Counted from the stretch's first letter, positions 26,784 to 36,890 are shown. The stretch: 64,000 nt of DNA from an archaeon (GCA_024276825.1 JAJRWI010000010.1:1-64000), one strand, 5' to 3'. The notes: generated by a model from the letters alone, not told the origin. Translations and numbers: made by a program.

Positions 26784-28544
26784 TCAGTCGTCTTGCTCCT
26801 TCTTCTTGCCTTCATACAGTTCATCCAGTTCTCTGATTGACTGTTCATCAAGGGTTATAGACTCTTCAGAGTCCTCATCCTCAGATGTTTCAACAACAGC
26901 AGGAATATCTTTTCCAAGAGTGCCGAGTATTTTGTCCAGCTCGGCAATGGTCTCATCATCGATTGCACTCACTTCTTCGTCGTTCATTGCAATGACTTCA
27001 TCACTGGAGAATGCTTCCAAAGCGTCAGTAAGGTCTTCATGCGATGTCTGCTCGATTTCAGCGGCCACAATATCATCAGCGTCGAGAGCCTCAGTGATCA
27101 GGTCAATCACCAACTGGGTGTCCATATCTTCGGAGATCTCAGCTTCTGCAGGTTTGGCCACGGCAACTGTGGATTCAATTTCTACTGGCAACTCGCCCTC
27201 CTTTGATGATATGCCCTCCACTGACACCTCGAATTCTTCAGGCTCATGTATTTCAATGAGACCCACAGGCTCCTCAACAGGCATTGAGGGAGAAACCACC
27301 TTTGGTTCTTCGACCTCTTCACTGACTTCTACATGAACAGTTTCATCCATAGTAGATTCAGCTGTAGTTTCAACAGCTATCTCAAATGGTTCTTCCGATT
27401 GCGATGTTTCTGCTCTTTGCATAGATTCAGCTTCAACCTCAGCCTTGACTTCTGGAGAAATACTAGTGGAAACCTCTTCAGGGGGCAGCTCATCGTCTTC
27501 GACTTCAATCACTTCTTCCTCGATAATCTCATACTCGTCCAAGTCCTTTATGGGATGGCCCTCTTCATCAACATAGATTATCTCCTCAACTACTTCATAT
27601 TCCTCCTCCTCTTCCTCCTCCACCTCTTCTTCTTCCGCTTCCTTCTCCTCGGTCACTTTGGTGAATCTCAGTAATTCGGAAACAGGAAGGTCAGGAAGTG
27701 CGACGCCCACATATTGAGCAGCAGCTGTCATCAATATCCTAAGCATCTCATCTCTTCTACTCTTATCAATTGCAACCATGGGATAAGTGGGTACACCAAG
27801 GATCTTTTGGACCACTTCTGGCTTCATTGCATTAGGCTTGTCCTGCTTATTTGCTAATGCTATAATAGGCACTTTGGGCGCATCCCGTTTGATTAGCTTC
27901 AAGATGTCCTTGCTGATGAGAACATTCCTGAGTGTTGAGTCACAGACGAGAATTATCACATCAGCACCATGGAAGTAGAAGCGCCAGAGCGTTCTGAATC
28001 GTTCTTGACCCGCAAAGTCCCATAGTACAAGACTGTAGTTCCCAAATCGAATATTCTCAACTGTTTCAAGATTCAATGCGATTGTGGGAACATACTGTAA
28101 GGGCGGTGTGTCGCCAAGAAGCAAATGAAGAGTTGTGGTCTTTCCAGTGCCACCCTCACCCACAAGAGCAATCTTCAAGCGAGTGATCACATGGGGTTCA
28201 ATCAATTCCTCAAACCGTTCTTGAACAGATTCCAGTCCCGACTTTTTAACCTCAATTCCCAGTGCTTTTGCTGCTTTCTCGGCCCTTTCAGAAATTTGCT
28301 GTTCATCCTCGGCCTTATCAGTTGCAAAGACCACGAGAACATCATCACTAACAGAGCGCCCAATGAACTTGTTTTATCCAATGATCAATGGTAATGCTTC
28401 AAGATCACTCTGTTCGTTCTTTAGTTCCTCGCGTGTTGACACGAATTCCCTAATCTGCTCTTCAGAAACCTCAACTGGCCAGTATTGGACTGAGGCAAGG
28501 ACTTTGCCAGTGGGAGTAAGCACAAGGAAAGTATTGTGAATCAT
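26784..28544 (-). CDS. Longin-like domain + Arf-like small GTPase + long acidic tail; in-frame TAA at codon 57 (28374-28376)
   Basis: ATG 28544 with GGTGA RBS, in the same frame as ORF 26784-28334; GEGGTGKTT, YVPTI, WDFAGQERFRTLWRFYF, NKQD; Glu/Asp-rich C-terminus. Confidence 0.8.
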
Positions 28545-28657
28545 TAAGAGGTCACCAGTTCAAGTTCAGACAGTATACTTTGTGGAATTTCATCTATCTA
28601 ATAGTATTGTGGTTGTTGTTCTAAATGTTACTTGGATGTAGATTGTTCAAAATTAAT

Positions 28658-28917
28658 CGGAGCGGGGTTCGCTAGGAAAAGTAGTTCAAGCGAACCTCCC
28701 GCATCCGCGACTTCCAATTGTTGAAGCACCTATTCAAACCAAATGGTAATGCGCAAGTATTGGAGTGGCAATTGGGGATCATGCCACAAAGGGGACCAAT
28801 GCTTTTGAATCTCACAACGGGGGACCAATGTTATGCGAGATTTCATGACGGGGGAAGTCAGTGTTTCAACAATTGGAATGTCGAAGGTCTGCACAGATTA
28901 GACGAGCTAAATTGTGC
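28658..28917 (+). ncRNA. Candidate structured ncRNA with multiple GGGGA-bearing loops
   Basis: 5' hairpin 28658-28707; 18-bp stem 28712-28729/28861-28878 enclosing several hairpins; 3' hairpin 28891-28917; G-U pairs mostly favour the plus strand. Confidence 0.55.
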
Positions 28918-29138
28918 TGTATATTAATTCGTGAAGGCACATAAAAACTTATTCTAATTATAAGCGCATTGCGAAAAGTCCAAGATTATGACTTGATTTA
29001 ATTAAGATTGATATTGACAGACTTTGAATTAGAGTATAAAAGAATTAGAATAAACCAATCTTTTCTCGTTGTTTTTCACATAGGATCGTTCATTGTAGCA
29101 ATAGAACTAAGATAGATTAAGAGAGAGCAATAATGGCT

Positions 29139-30278
29139 CTATCTTGGAAAGTTGTCTCTTAGCAGACGCAAATGTTGATGGACCATTGCCATTTGCTTGG
29201 GATCATCTGGATTTTTCTCAAGCTCCACAATTAATGTCTGTAGGAAGTATTCTGGGAAGAACAGTCGTACTCGAATATCATTAAGCAAGAACAGCCATTT
29301 GTCATAATCGCCTGAGGGGCCTTTTCTTCGCTTCTCAGAAACAACGCGGTATTTTTTCAGCTTCTGAATGGCTGCCTTCAGTTCTTTCGGTGGTATTCCA
29401 AGAGTGGCCTCCAATTCAGCAAGATTGACAGGGCGATTTCTCAAAACCACAAGGATGTCATAGCAATCGGGATCAGCAAGAATTGATGCCACGGCGACGG
29501 TATCTTCAGGGGTTTTCTGCCATTCTGTGAGAAATTCTAGAACTTCTCTCTTGTACTCTGCGGCCAGTTCAGGGTCTAATGCCTTGCTGGCTGCTTCCAT
29601 AGCTATGAGGGGAGGGGCTCTGAATACTTCAATGTCTTTTATCATGAACACGCATGTACGACCTATTGCATCAACCCATTCACTCTTGACCAGACCAAGT
29701 TCTTCAAATGGTGAGATTATCGAGTCGACGCTAACACTGGGCAGCCCTGTCACCATTTTCAACCATTCTTCGAGTTCCTCCTTGGAGATTCCGCCCTTCC
29801 ACAGCTTGGGAAAAACGGCCCTTGAAACTTCATCTGCAAAGAGCCTTGCAAGACGGGACTCGTCTGCCATTCCAGCAAGTCGTATGATTCGTCGGTATGT
29901 GTTCTCCAGTTCTGCTTGAAGTTCTGCATCGGTCATGGATATTACTGCATTGACAATTGGAGACACAACTGAAGTGATGGCGGCTTCATACATTTTGGGA
30001 TCTTCAGAAGGAGTCAGTAACAATGAGACACAGTATTGTTCTTCTTCACGCACTACACCAGTGTAATAGGACGCAACATTGTATTCTTCCCCACCAATTC
30101 TGATGCTCAATGATGCAAAACCGGCGGCGGCATCCCCCATGGCGTGTGATGTGAAAATACGCATGATTTCTGTGTCAAGATCCTCCTTATAGTAGTCTGC
30201 AAAATCAGCAGGTACTTTCGCTTTTAGGACAGCTCCAACCTTACTGTCCCAATCTATGAGTAGAAGGGCTACTGGCAT
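29139..30278 (-). CDS. Longin/uDENN-like domain protein with C-terminal winged-helix repeats (NPRL/folliculin-like architecture)
   Basis: N-terminal LIDWDSKVGAVLKAKVP resembles the F(D/H)...GP....P start of uDENN/longin domains; two HTH-like segments C-terminally. Confidence 0.55.
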   Translation of the reverse strand: MPVALLLIDWDSKVGAVLKAKVPADFADYYKEDLDTEIMRIFTSHAMGDAAAGFASLSIRIGGEEYNVASYYTGVVREEEQYCVSLLLTPSEDPKMYEAAITSVVSPIVNAVISMTDAELQAELENTYRRIIRLAGMADESRLARLFADEVSRAVFPKLWKGGISKEELEEWLKMVTGLPSVSVDSIISPFEELGLVKSEWVDAIGRTCVFMIKDIEVFRAPPLIAMEAASKALDPELAAEYKREVLEFLTEWQKTPEDTVAVASILADPDCYDILVVLRNRPVNLAELEATLGIPPKELKAAIQKLKKYRVVSEKRRKGPSGDYDKWLFLLNDIRVRLFFPEYFLQTLIVELEKNPDDPKQMAMVHQHLRLLRDNFPR

Positions 30279-30430
30279 CTCTCATCATTCCGGTCCCTTT
30301 TTACCAAAGGAATTGCGTGCACTTTGTAGGTTTCATGATACCACACTAAAAAACCTTCTCACTAGTTAATTCGCATGATTTTAAGGACAGATTGAGGCTT
30401 TAAATTTCCCCGAAATTTGTTATCATCTCA

Positions 30431-31048
30431 CTATGACGAGATATGGTCCAATATCTCACCCAATATGATGTCAACTACTGTTTCAAGGGGCAGTCTGGCA
30501 TCAATCAACACATATGATCCTTTATCATCATATTGGGCCATCTCAAGATATGCCTGTCTGACCTTGACAAGGCGGTCAATCTGCTCAAACTGTTCGATGA
30601 TCTCCTCGCGACTCTTTCTCACCCTAGCAAGACCCTCTTCTGCTGGGAGGTCCAGAATGAATATCAGGTCTGGTTCTGGAGCATGTATCTCCTCGCGGTT
30701 TCTCCTGAGTATCTCCCTCCAAGATATCCCAGTGCTTACAGACTGATAGGCGCCAGTCGCAAAGAAATAGCGGTCCATAATCACTATCTTTCCAGAGGAG
30801 AGAGCCGGACATATCTTGTTCATAATGTGCCATTCACGGTCTTTCAGGAAAAGGTCAAGCTCTTCCGCAGGTGTCAATTCACCGTTGGGAGACCTGCTTC
30901 TGATCTCTTTGCCCCATTGACTCTCACTAGTGGGTTCTCGCAGATGAACAACGTCATGTCCAGCATCACCAAGTATCTTGATTAGTCTCTCGCATACTGC
31001 TGTCTTTCCAGCCCCGTCAATCCCCTCTAGGACGAAGAGATGACCCAT
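30431..31048 (-). CDS. tmk: Thymidylate kinase
   Basis: EGIDGAGKT, REP, MDRY...AYQ, PDL motifs. Confidence 0.93.
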   Translation of the reverse strand: MGHLFVLEGIDGAGKTAVCERLIKILGDAGHDVVHLREPTSESQWGKEIRSRSPNGELTPAEELDLFLKDREWHIMNKICPALSSGKIVIMDRYFFATGAYQSVSTGISWREILRRNREEIHAPEPDLIFILDLPAEEGLARVRKSREEIIEQFEQIDRLVKVRQAYLEMAQYDDKGSYVLIDARLPLETVVDIILGEILDHISS

Positions 31049-31214
31049 TCTATCTTCTATTGACGCCACATCGAACTCCTTCAGAATTATTCTGATGCAA
31101 AGGACTTCAAGCATGATTTAGTTCCTTTGGTTATAGTCGTCTTGAGTAGCAACCTTTAAATTCATGGCTTACGCAAGATAGGACAACATATCCTACAAGT
31201 GTGAGGTCAAGAGT

Positions 31215-31709
31215 TTGCATAGAGAAAGAGTGCTTGCCGCATTGATGGTCATACTCATCATTCAGACAAGGGCCTCTTTGTCCAGTGCAAGCGAGATGCA
31301 AACTGTGGCTACAGGAATCAGTCTAACAATTGATTATGGAAATGGAACAGTCGTTTCCTTCAATGGCTTAGAGGGACAAACAGTACTCAATATCACACAG
31401 TCAGTTGCGGATGTACAGGTTGATTGGTTTGGAGACCTAGCATTTGTCATTGCAATTGATGGTGTCAGTAATGATGCTGATAGCAATAAATGGTGGCAAT
31501 ACTGGGTGAATGAAGAATATGCAAGTGTTGCATGCAATAAGTACCAGTTGAGTGACAATGACAGTGTGATATGGAGAAGGCAGGGATCGGTCATCACAAG
31601 GACTGAACCCGCCACTGACGATCCCGCCCTAGTGATGGCAGCCATTGTCGTTGGACTTGTCGGAATCATTTCAGTGACTATATTATATCATAGAGGTGCC
31701 AGAAAATGA
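31215..31709 (+). CDS. DUF4430 / transcobalamin C-terminal-like membrane-anchored protein
   Basis: FVIAIDGV, WWQYWVN, Y.L.D.D.V.W motifs; signal peptide and C-terminal TM. Confidence 0.75.
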   Translation: MHRERVLAALMVILIIQTRASLSSASEMQTVATGISLTIDYGNGTVVSFNGLEGQTVLNITQSVADVQVDWFGDLAFVIAIDGVSNDADSNKWWQYWVNEEYASVACNKYQLSDNDSVIWRRQGSVITRTEPATDDPALVMAAIVVGLVGIISVTILYHRGARK

Positions 31710-32446
31710 AGCGTTATTTACTCGTACTGCTGATCATATCGAGTCTAATGATCGTAAACGTTAATGCTGCTGTGGGAGATTATTATCCGGGTCTTGTTCC
31801 AGGTGAAGAGAATCCTGTGATAGAGTGGAGAGTGACAAATGCTCCCAATACTGCATTTTCATTGTATTTCTCTGCGCAGATAAAATGGCTGGCAGAGATT
31901 GGAAGTAGTCTGACCTTTGAGATAACAGAGATCAGTGATGATGTGAAGGGGACTGTCACACTGGGCAATGCCACATGGAGTGGAAATGACACGGACATCG
32001 CAAAGGACTTGACCTTGGGTGTCTGGGGACTCACACCATGGCTTCCAGGGTTTGTGATAAAGATTGGACAAGAGAATCTTGATAGTCTGAATGAAACAGC
32101 CTTTGCTGCTGCACGAAGAGTCAGCGGGAATTACATGAACGGTACTATGAGTTCCTCATACCAACAGATTACCGTAAACGGAATCACATATGATTGCATT
32201 TTGTTTAATTATCAACAAGACCAATCTTTTGGAGAACCACAGAAGACATTTCTTGCATATGATACTGAAACGGGGGTCCTTGTTGTTGCTAATACCAGCT
32301 ACTCCTTTGGTGTGCCATATTCCTTTTCTATTGAGGTGACATCAATACCATATCTGACTGGAAGCAATACAACATTCTTACTCATAGCGGGAACTGCAGT
32401 TATTTTGATTGTTGTAGTCATATATCTGGTCAAGCGAAGAATATGA
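31706..32446 (+). CDS. Secreted, C-terminally anchored hypothetical protein
   Basis: Signal peptide, several N-x-S/T sequons, C-terminal TM + KRR; ATGA-coupled to the upstream gene. Confidence 0.7.
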   Translation: MKRYLLVLLIISSLMIVNVNAAVGDYYPGLVPGEENPVIEWRVTNAPNTAFSLYFSAQIKWLAEIGSSLTFEITEISDDVKGTVTLGNATWSGNDTDIAKDLTLGVWGLTPWLPGFVIKIGQENLDSLNETAFAAARRVSGNYMNGTMSSSYQQITVNGITYDCILFNYQQDQSFGEPQKTFLAYDTETGVLVVANTSYSFGVPYSFSIEVTSIPYLTGSNTTFLLIAGTAVILIVVVIYLVKRRI

Positions 32447-32449
32447 GGA

Positions 32450-33055
32450 ATGGTTATGACTGTTGAAACCCATCTGTTCAGAGGAGGGTCTTTGAGTAGG
32501 TGGGTTTCTATATCCTCACTGATGACAGCGTTGGCACTGGTAGGGAATTATGCCCTTGTGATTGTCCCAAATGTAGAGTTAGGGTCAACAGTATTGTTTC
32601 TAACCGCCTATGTCTTCGGCCTATCCATGGGACTATGGTGTGCCTTGTTGACATCAGTAATTTTTGCAGCAATCAATCCTTGGGGCGGATTCATCCCAGA
32701 GATATGGCTGGCACAGCTTGCAGGATGGACATTCATGGTATTAATAGGTGCCCTGCTTGGAAGGGCTGATGGTAGTGAGGACAAAACATCTAGTACAATC
32801 ACATTCTTTGTCGCAGGAGTCGTTGTCACTGTGTTCTTTGATCTGGTGACCAATCTTGGATATTCGCTGGCATTTGGCGTCCCATATGTTATTGCGCTGA
32901 TCACTGGAGCCCCATTTATGGCAGTTCATGTACTATCAAATGGAATACTGTTCTCACTGACAATACCACAACTTCATAGTATAATTTCTACAGAGAGTCT
33001 TGCAAGCAGCTGGAATGCTGAGAATGAATACATTGAAGTTGATTCCGAAGATTAA
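32450..33055 (+). CDS. ECF transporter S component (CbrT-like)
   Basis: PNVE motif, ~6 TM helices, GAPF..HVLSN. Confidence 0.7.
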   Translation: MVMTVETHLFRGGSLSRWVSISSLMTALALVGNYALVIVPNVELGSTVLFLTAYVFGLSMGLWCALLTSVIFAAINPWGGFIPEIWLAQLAGWTFMVLIGALLGRADGSEDKTSSTITFFVAGVVVTVFFDLVTNLGYSLAFGVPYVIALITGAPFMAVHVLSNGILFSLTIPQLHSIISTESLASSWNAENEYIEVDSED

Positions 33056-33095
33056 AAATACTGAGCTGAAATTCAAGACTGGAGTGTTGTGTCAG

Positions 33096-33737
33096 TTGTC
33101 TTGGAGAGATGAATGCATCAGGATTGTGGAGGCTGCAAACGGAAAGGTAGCCCCTTCGTTTGGCCCCCATCATGCAGCAGTGGCCCTTCTGATAATTGGA
33201 AGACAGCAGCCAATTGGTAGATACGAGCTGTGTGATAATCTGTCAATTGGTGAGGGAAGTGCCCGAACTCTACTAAAACGCCTTAATGATGCTGGATACA
33301 TAAATGCTGATGGTAAACAAGGACAGAGACTAACAAACAAGGGACAGAAACTGTTTGATGAGATGTCAATGGACATCCCATTAGGTCTTTTTTTGGAGTT
33401 GAAGGAACTGGTTGTCTATGATTATGCCTATGCATTCTTAGTCAAGAGGAAGGCAAATCTGGTGACTGATGGAGTACGGCAGAGAGATGAAGCAATCATC
33501 AAGGGAGGATATGGAAGGTCTGGCAGCACAACACTGATCCACAAGAATGGTTTCCTTGTCATGCCCCCTGATGACTTCAATGTCTTGTTGGGCAGTGAGG
33601 AAGAGGCCCTGTTGATAATCAATAGTCTTAGACCTGAAGACAATGATGTCATTGTGATTGGGTCAGCAGACAATAAGAACCTTGCCAGGGAGGTTGCGAT
33701 GGCCTCTGTGATGACCCTATTTGAAGGCGAGAGATAA
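33096..33737 (+). CDS. Winged-helix + DUF4443-type putative regulator
   Basis: PSF, PIGR..L...L.IGEGS.RTL, G..LT.KG, G.RQRD.AI motifs; start uncertain. Confidence 0.7.
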   Translation: MSWRDECIRIVEAANGKVAPSFGPHHAAVALLIIGRQQPIGRYELCDNLSIGEGSARTLLKRLNDAGYINADGKQGQRLTNKGQKLFDEMSMDIPLGLFLELKELVVYDYAYAFLVKRKANLVTDGVRQRDEAIIKGGYGRSGSTTLIHKNGFLVMPPDDFNVLLGSEEEALLIINSLRPEDNDVIVIGSADNKNLAREVAMASVMTLFEGER

Positions 33738-34543
33738 TGCAGACTGACCTTTTTGGAAATGTTCCTGAGATTGTGATTGATGTTCATGAGACCAAAGGAA
33801 AGAGGATGAATTCTGTCAAGCATCTCATGTCCATGTTGGATAAGGCAGGAGTGAAATATATTGTCGAAAAGATCCCTGTGGGCGATATCCTTGGGATGAA
33901 TGGGATTGCAATTGAAAGAAAAACTGTGAATGACCTTGTTGGTACGCTAAAGGGCAGTACGATAGGAGTTCCGCGTCTCAAGAGGCAGGTTGAGGGACTT
34001 CTTCAATACGAGAAACCATATCTCTTAATTGAGGACATTCTTGCCATTAGACGAGACCCATCTAAAGGGTGCATTTACATTCCTTTCTCAACAAAGCAGA
34101 CCAAGGGCAAGGGATATTATGTGACCCTTGAACATGTGAGATTCATTCACCCCAGTTCATTGGATGGCCTTATCAATAGCATCAGAGAGATGGGCGTGGA
34201 GATACTGGAGGGCTTTAATGCATTGCATTCTGCAGGACTGCTTTATGGTATCATCATGGAGGAGTCCAAAAAGAAGGAGAGCAGTGATCAGAGGCTCCCC
34301 ATAATCAGGACGAGAAAGGGAATCGAGTCATCAAGCGATGAACAGGAGTTCTTTATTGCTGGCATCCCTGGGGTAAATGTTATTCGGGCAAGAATGTTGC
34401 TGAAAAAGTTTGGTTCACCCATCGAGGTCATCAACAGACTCGATGAGTGGACACAGATCTCAGGAATTGGTCCAAAGACTGTGATAGCTGCAAAGAGGTT
34501 GCTCTTCAATGAGTACGAGTCCGACAACGATATTGGTAATTAG
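33737..34543 (+). CDS. ERCC4/XPF-Mus81 family nuclease with HhH2
   Basis: IDVHE, GD, IERKTVND, IPGVN, ISGIGPK. Confidence 0.85.
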   Translation: MQTDLFGNVPEIVIDVHETKGKRMNSVKHLMSMLDKAGVKYIVEKIPVGDILGMNGIAIERKTVNDLVGTLKGSTIGVPRLKRQVEGLLQYEKPYLLIEDILAIRRDPSKGCIYIPFSTKQTKGKGYYVTLEHVRFIHPSSLDGLINSIREMGVEILEGFNALHSAGLLYGIIMEESKKKESSDQRLPIIRTRKGIESSSDEQEFFIAGIPGVNVIRARMLLKKFGSPIEVINRLDEWTQISGIGPKTVIAAKRLLFNEYESDNDIGN

Positions 34544-34629
34544 TCGGACCTCTTTGGACCATCTCGATATGCTTAAAAAGACTTGAACTATTCTATGGTT
34601 GTAAAATAGTTCAATGATGGTGAGTATTC

Positions 34630-35715
34630 ATGGGCGATATTCGAGTAGCAATTGCAGGTCTTGGCAATTGTGCATCTGCATTGATTCAAGGAGTACATTA
34701 TTACAGAGATGCCAAAGCTAATGAAGAGATTCCTGGTCTCATGCACGTCGATTTTGGCGGTTACTATCCAAAGGATCTCAAGTTTGTAGTGGCATTTGAG
34801 GCTAACAGAAAGAAAATTGGATTGGACATTGCTGATGCAATATGGGTTGAGCCAAACTGCTGTGCTAAATTCTGTCCTGATGTTCCGAAAACTGGTGCAA
34901 AGGTGTTGCCTGGTCCCATCTCTGATGGAGTGGCGCCCCATATGAGAGAGTCATTCTTTGCTCACAATGAGGATGTTGACCTCTCATTTGTTGTAGAACA
35001 TCTTGAGAAGTCAAAAGCGGATGTTTTAATCAACTATCTGCCAGTGGGCAGTGCCAAGGGTTCAAGACTGTATGCACAAGCCGCTCTTGATGCAGGAATA
35101 GCATTCATCAATGCAATTCCCGAGTTTATAGTTTCTGACCCGAATAGCCCATATGCACAAGCTTTCGAGAAGAAGGGCATCCCTTGTGCCGGCGATGATA
35201 TCAAGAGTCAACTTGGAGCGACCATCCTTCACAGAGTTTTAGCCCAACTCTTTGACAAGCGTGGTCTCATCTTGCAGAACACATATCAGTTGAATATTGG
35301 CGGAAACACGGACTTCGAAAATATGCAGGTTGAGAACAGACTGTCCTCAAAGAGAATTAGCAAGACAGAGGCGGTCACAAGCTGTGTGAAGTACGAGCTC
35401 CCAACAAAGATTGGACCAAGTGACTATGTCCCATTCCTTGGAGACAATAAGGTGTGCTACATCAGCATGAGGTCCAGAGCTTTCGGAGACCTGCCAATCA
35501 ACTTGGATCTAAAACTCTCAGTTCAAGACTCGCCCAATAGTGCTGGGGTCATCATTGATGTTGTAAGAGCCATCAAGATTGCTCTTGACAGAAGTATTGG
35601 TGGTGAACTGTCCAGCATCAGCTCTTACAGCTTCAAGCACCCACGTTTTCAGATTGATGATTTTGAAGCCAGAAAAAGAGTAGATGAGTTTATTGAGGGT
35701 AAGAGAGAGCGCTAG
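34630..35715 (+). CDS. ino1: myo-Inositol-1-phosphate synthase
   Basis: GLGNCASALIQG, NYLPVGS, GDDIKSQLGAT, QLNIGGNTDF, DSPNSAG. Confidence 0.95.
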   Translation: MGDIRVAIAGLGNCASALIQGVHYYRDAKANEEIPGLMHVDFGGYYPKDLKFVVAFEANRKKIGLDIADAIWVEPNCCAKFCPDVPKTGAKVLPGPISDGVAPHMRESFFAHNEDVDLSFVVEHLEKSKADVLINYLPVGSAKGSRLYAQAALDAGIAFINAIPEFIVSDPNSPYAQAFEKKGIPCAGDDIKSQLGATILHRVLAQLFDKRGLILQNTYQLNIGGNTDFENMQVENRLSSKRISKTEAVTSCVKYELPTKIGPSDYVPFLGDNKVCYISMRSRAFGDLPINLDLKLSVQDSPNSAGVIIDVVRAIKIALDRSIGGELSSISSYSFKHPRFQIDDFEARKRVDEFIEGKRER

Positions 35716-35747
35716 TTAGACTAGGCGCTCCCAATTCCTCTTTTTTC

Positions 35748-36890
35748 CTATTCAAGCGCAGTAAAGCTGGCAACCGTCTTCTCATCCAGTCTTTTTATCA
35801 CCTCTACAAGAAGGGTGATTGCATTCTCAACATCAGAAAGATCGAGAATGCCATGGTGAGAATGGATATGCCTTGTTGGAATTCCAAGAAATAATGAGGG
35901 GCAACCTGCACCTGCAAATTGAATCATTCCTGCATCAGTGCCACCCGATTTTAGAAAGGCAGGCTGATACCGTATACCAATTTCTTCTGCGACATCAAGA
36001 ACAAACCTCCGTAATCGGGGATTGGGAATCATTGAGGCATCACCAGCTGATATTGCCACACCCTTGCCCATCTTCTGAACCAAACCCTCAACACCAGGAA
36101 CATCACCTGATATGTCAACATCCAATGAGAAACCAACATCAGGTATTAACATTTGAGAGGAGGTCCTTGCTCCCCTGAGCCCAACTTCTTCCTGAGTTGT
36201 TGTCACACCAAATACAATATTGGGGTGATCAATGTTCTCCTCCTTGAGCCTTCGAAGTACTTCCAAGAGTATGAAGACACCAATTCTGTCATCGAATGCT
36301 TTTGCCACAGCAAGGGTGACTTCACGAACTTCTTCCTTGGCATTTTCGTCATTCTCCTTCTTCTCCTTGCGTATTCTCTTTAGCAAGCGAAACTCGGAAT
36401 AGGGCACAGCAGGATCGCCAATTCTGATTCCAAGTTCTTTGACCTCCTCTTCGGAACTCGCACCAATATCAATAAACATCTTGTCTTTTGTGACTACTTT
36501 GTTTCTAGCCTCAGGGCTGAGAACATGAGGTGGTGGTGCACCAATCACACCAATGATTAGATCATCACTATTTGAGGGTTTGATGACAACCTCTTGCGTA
36601 AGCAGGGTCTGGTCCCACCAGCCACCGATCTGGTGGAATCTAAGAAATCCATTCTTCTCAATATGGGTTATCACAAAGCCAATCTCATCAATGTGGCCAG
36701 CTAGCATTATCTTAGGGCCAGAAGTCCCTTTCTGAAGGACCACAGAACCTAATCGGTCATAGAGAACCTTATCCGCAAATTTAGCCCCATAATCACGAGC
36801 GATCTTTTGTGCCTCATGCTCATGGCCGCTGGGGCCAAAAGCATTGCAAAGTTTCTTCAATAGATCAAGGTCCATATTCATTTCAGACAT
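35748..36890 (-). CDS. M42 family aminopeptidase (TET-like)
   Basis: GPSGHE, AGHIDEIG, KAFDDR, QEEVGLRGA, GGTDAG, PTRHIHS. Confidence 0.92.
   Translation of the reverse strand: MSEMNMDLDLLKKLCNAFGPSGHEHEAQKIARDYGAKFADKVLYDRLGSVVLQKGTSGPKIMLAGHIDEIGFVITHIEKNGFLRFHQIGGWWDQTLLTQEVVIKPSNSDDLIIGVIGAPPPHVLSPEARNKVVTKDKMFIDIGASSEEEVKELGIRIGDPAVPYSEFRLLKRIRKEKKENDENAKEEVREVTLAVAKAFDDRIGVFILLEVLRRLKEENIDHPNIVFGVTTTQEEVGLRGARTSSQMLIPDVGFSLDVDISGDVPGVEGLVQKMGKGVAISAGDASMIPNPRLRRFVLDVAEEIGIRYQPAFLKSGGTDAGMIQFAGAGCPSLFLGIPTRHIHSHHGILDLSDVENAITLLVEVIKRLDEKTVASFTALE

Noticed and set aside
28790-28860. CRISPR-like repeats or a c-di-AMP (ydaO) riboswitch
   Set aside because: Only two 11-nt repeats, no spacers or cas genes; GAATC..ACGGGGGACC resembles the ydaO 5' part but the conserved 3' half was not found.
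28718-28927. 69-aa ORF in the large intergenic gap
   Set aside because: TTG start, no RBS or motif; the region is better explained by RNA secondary structure.
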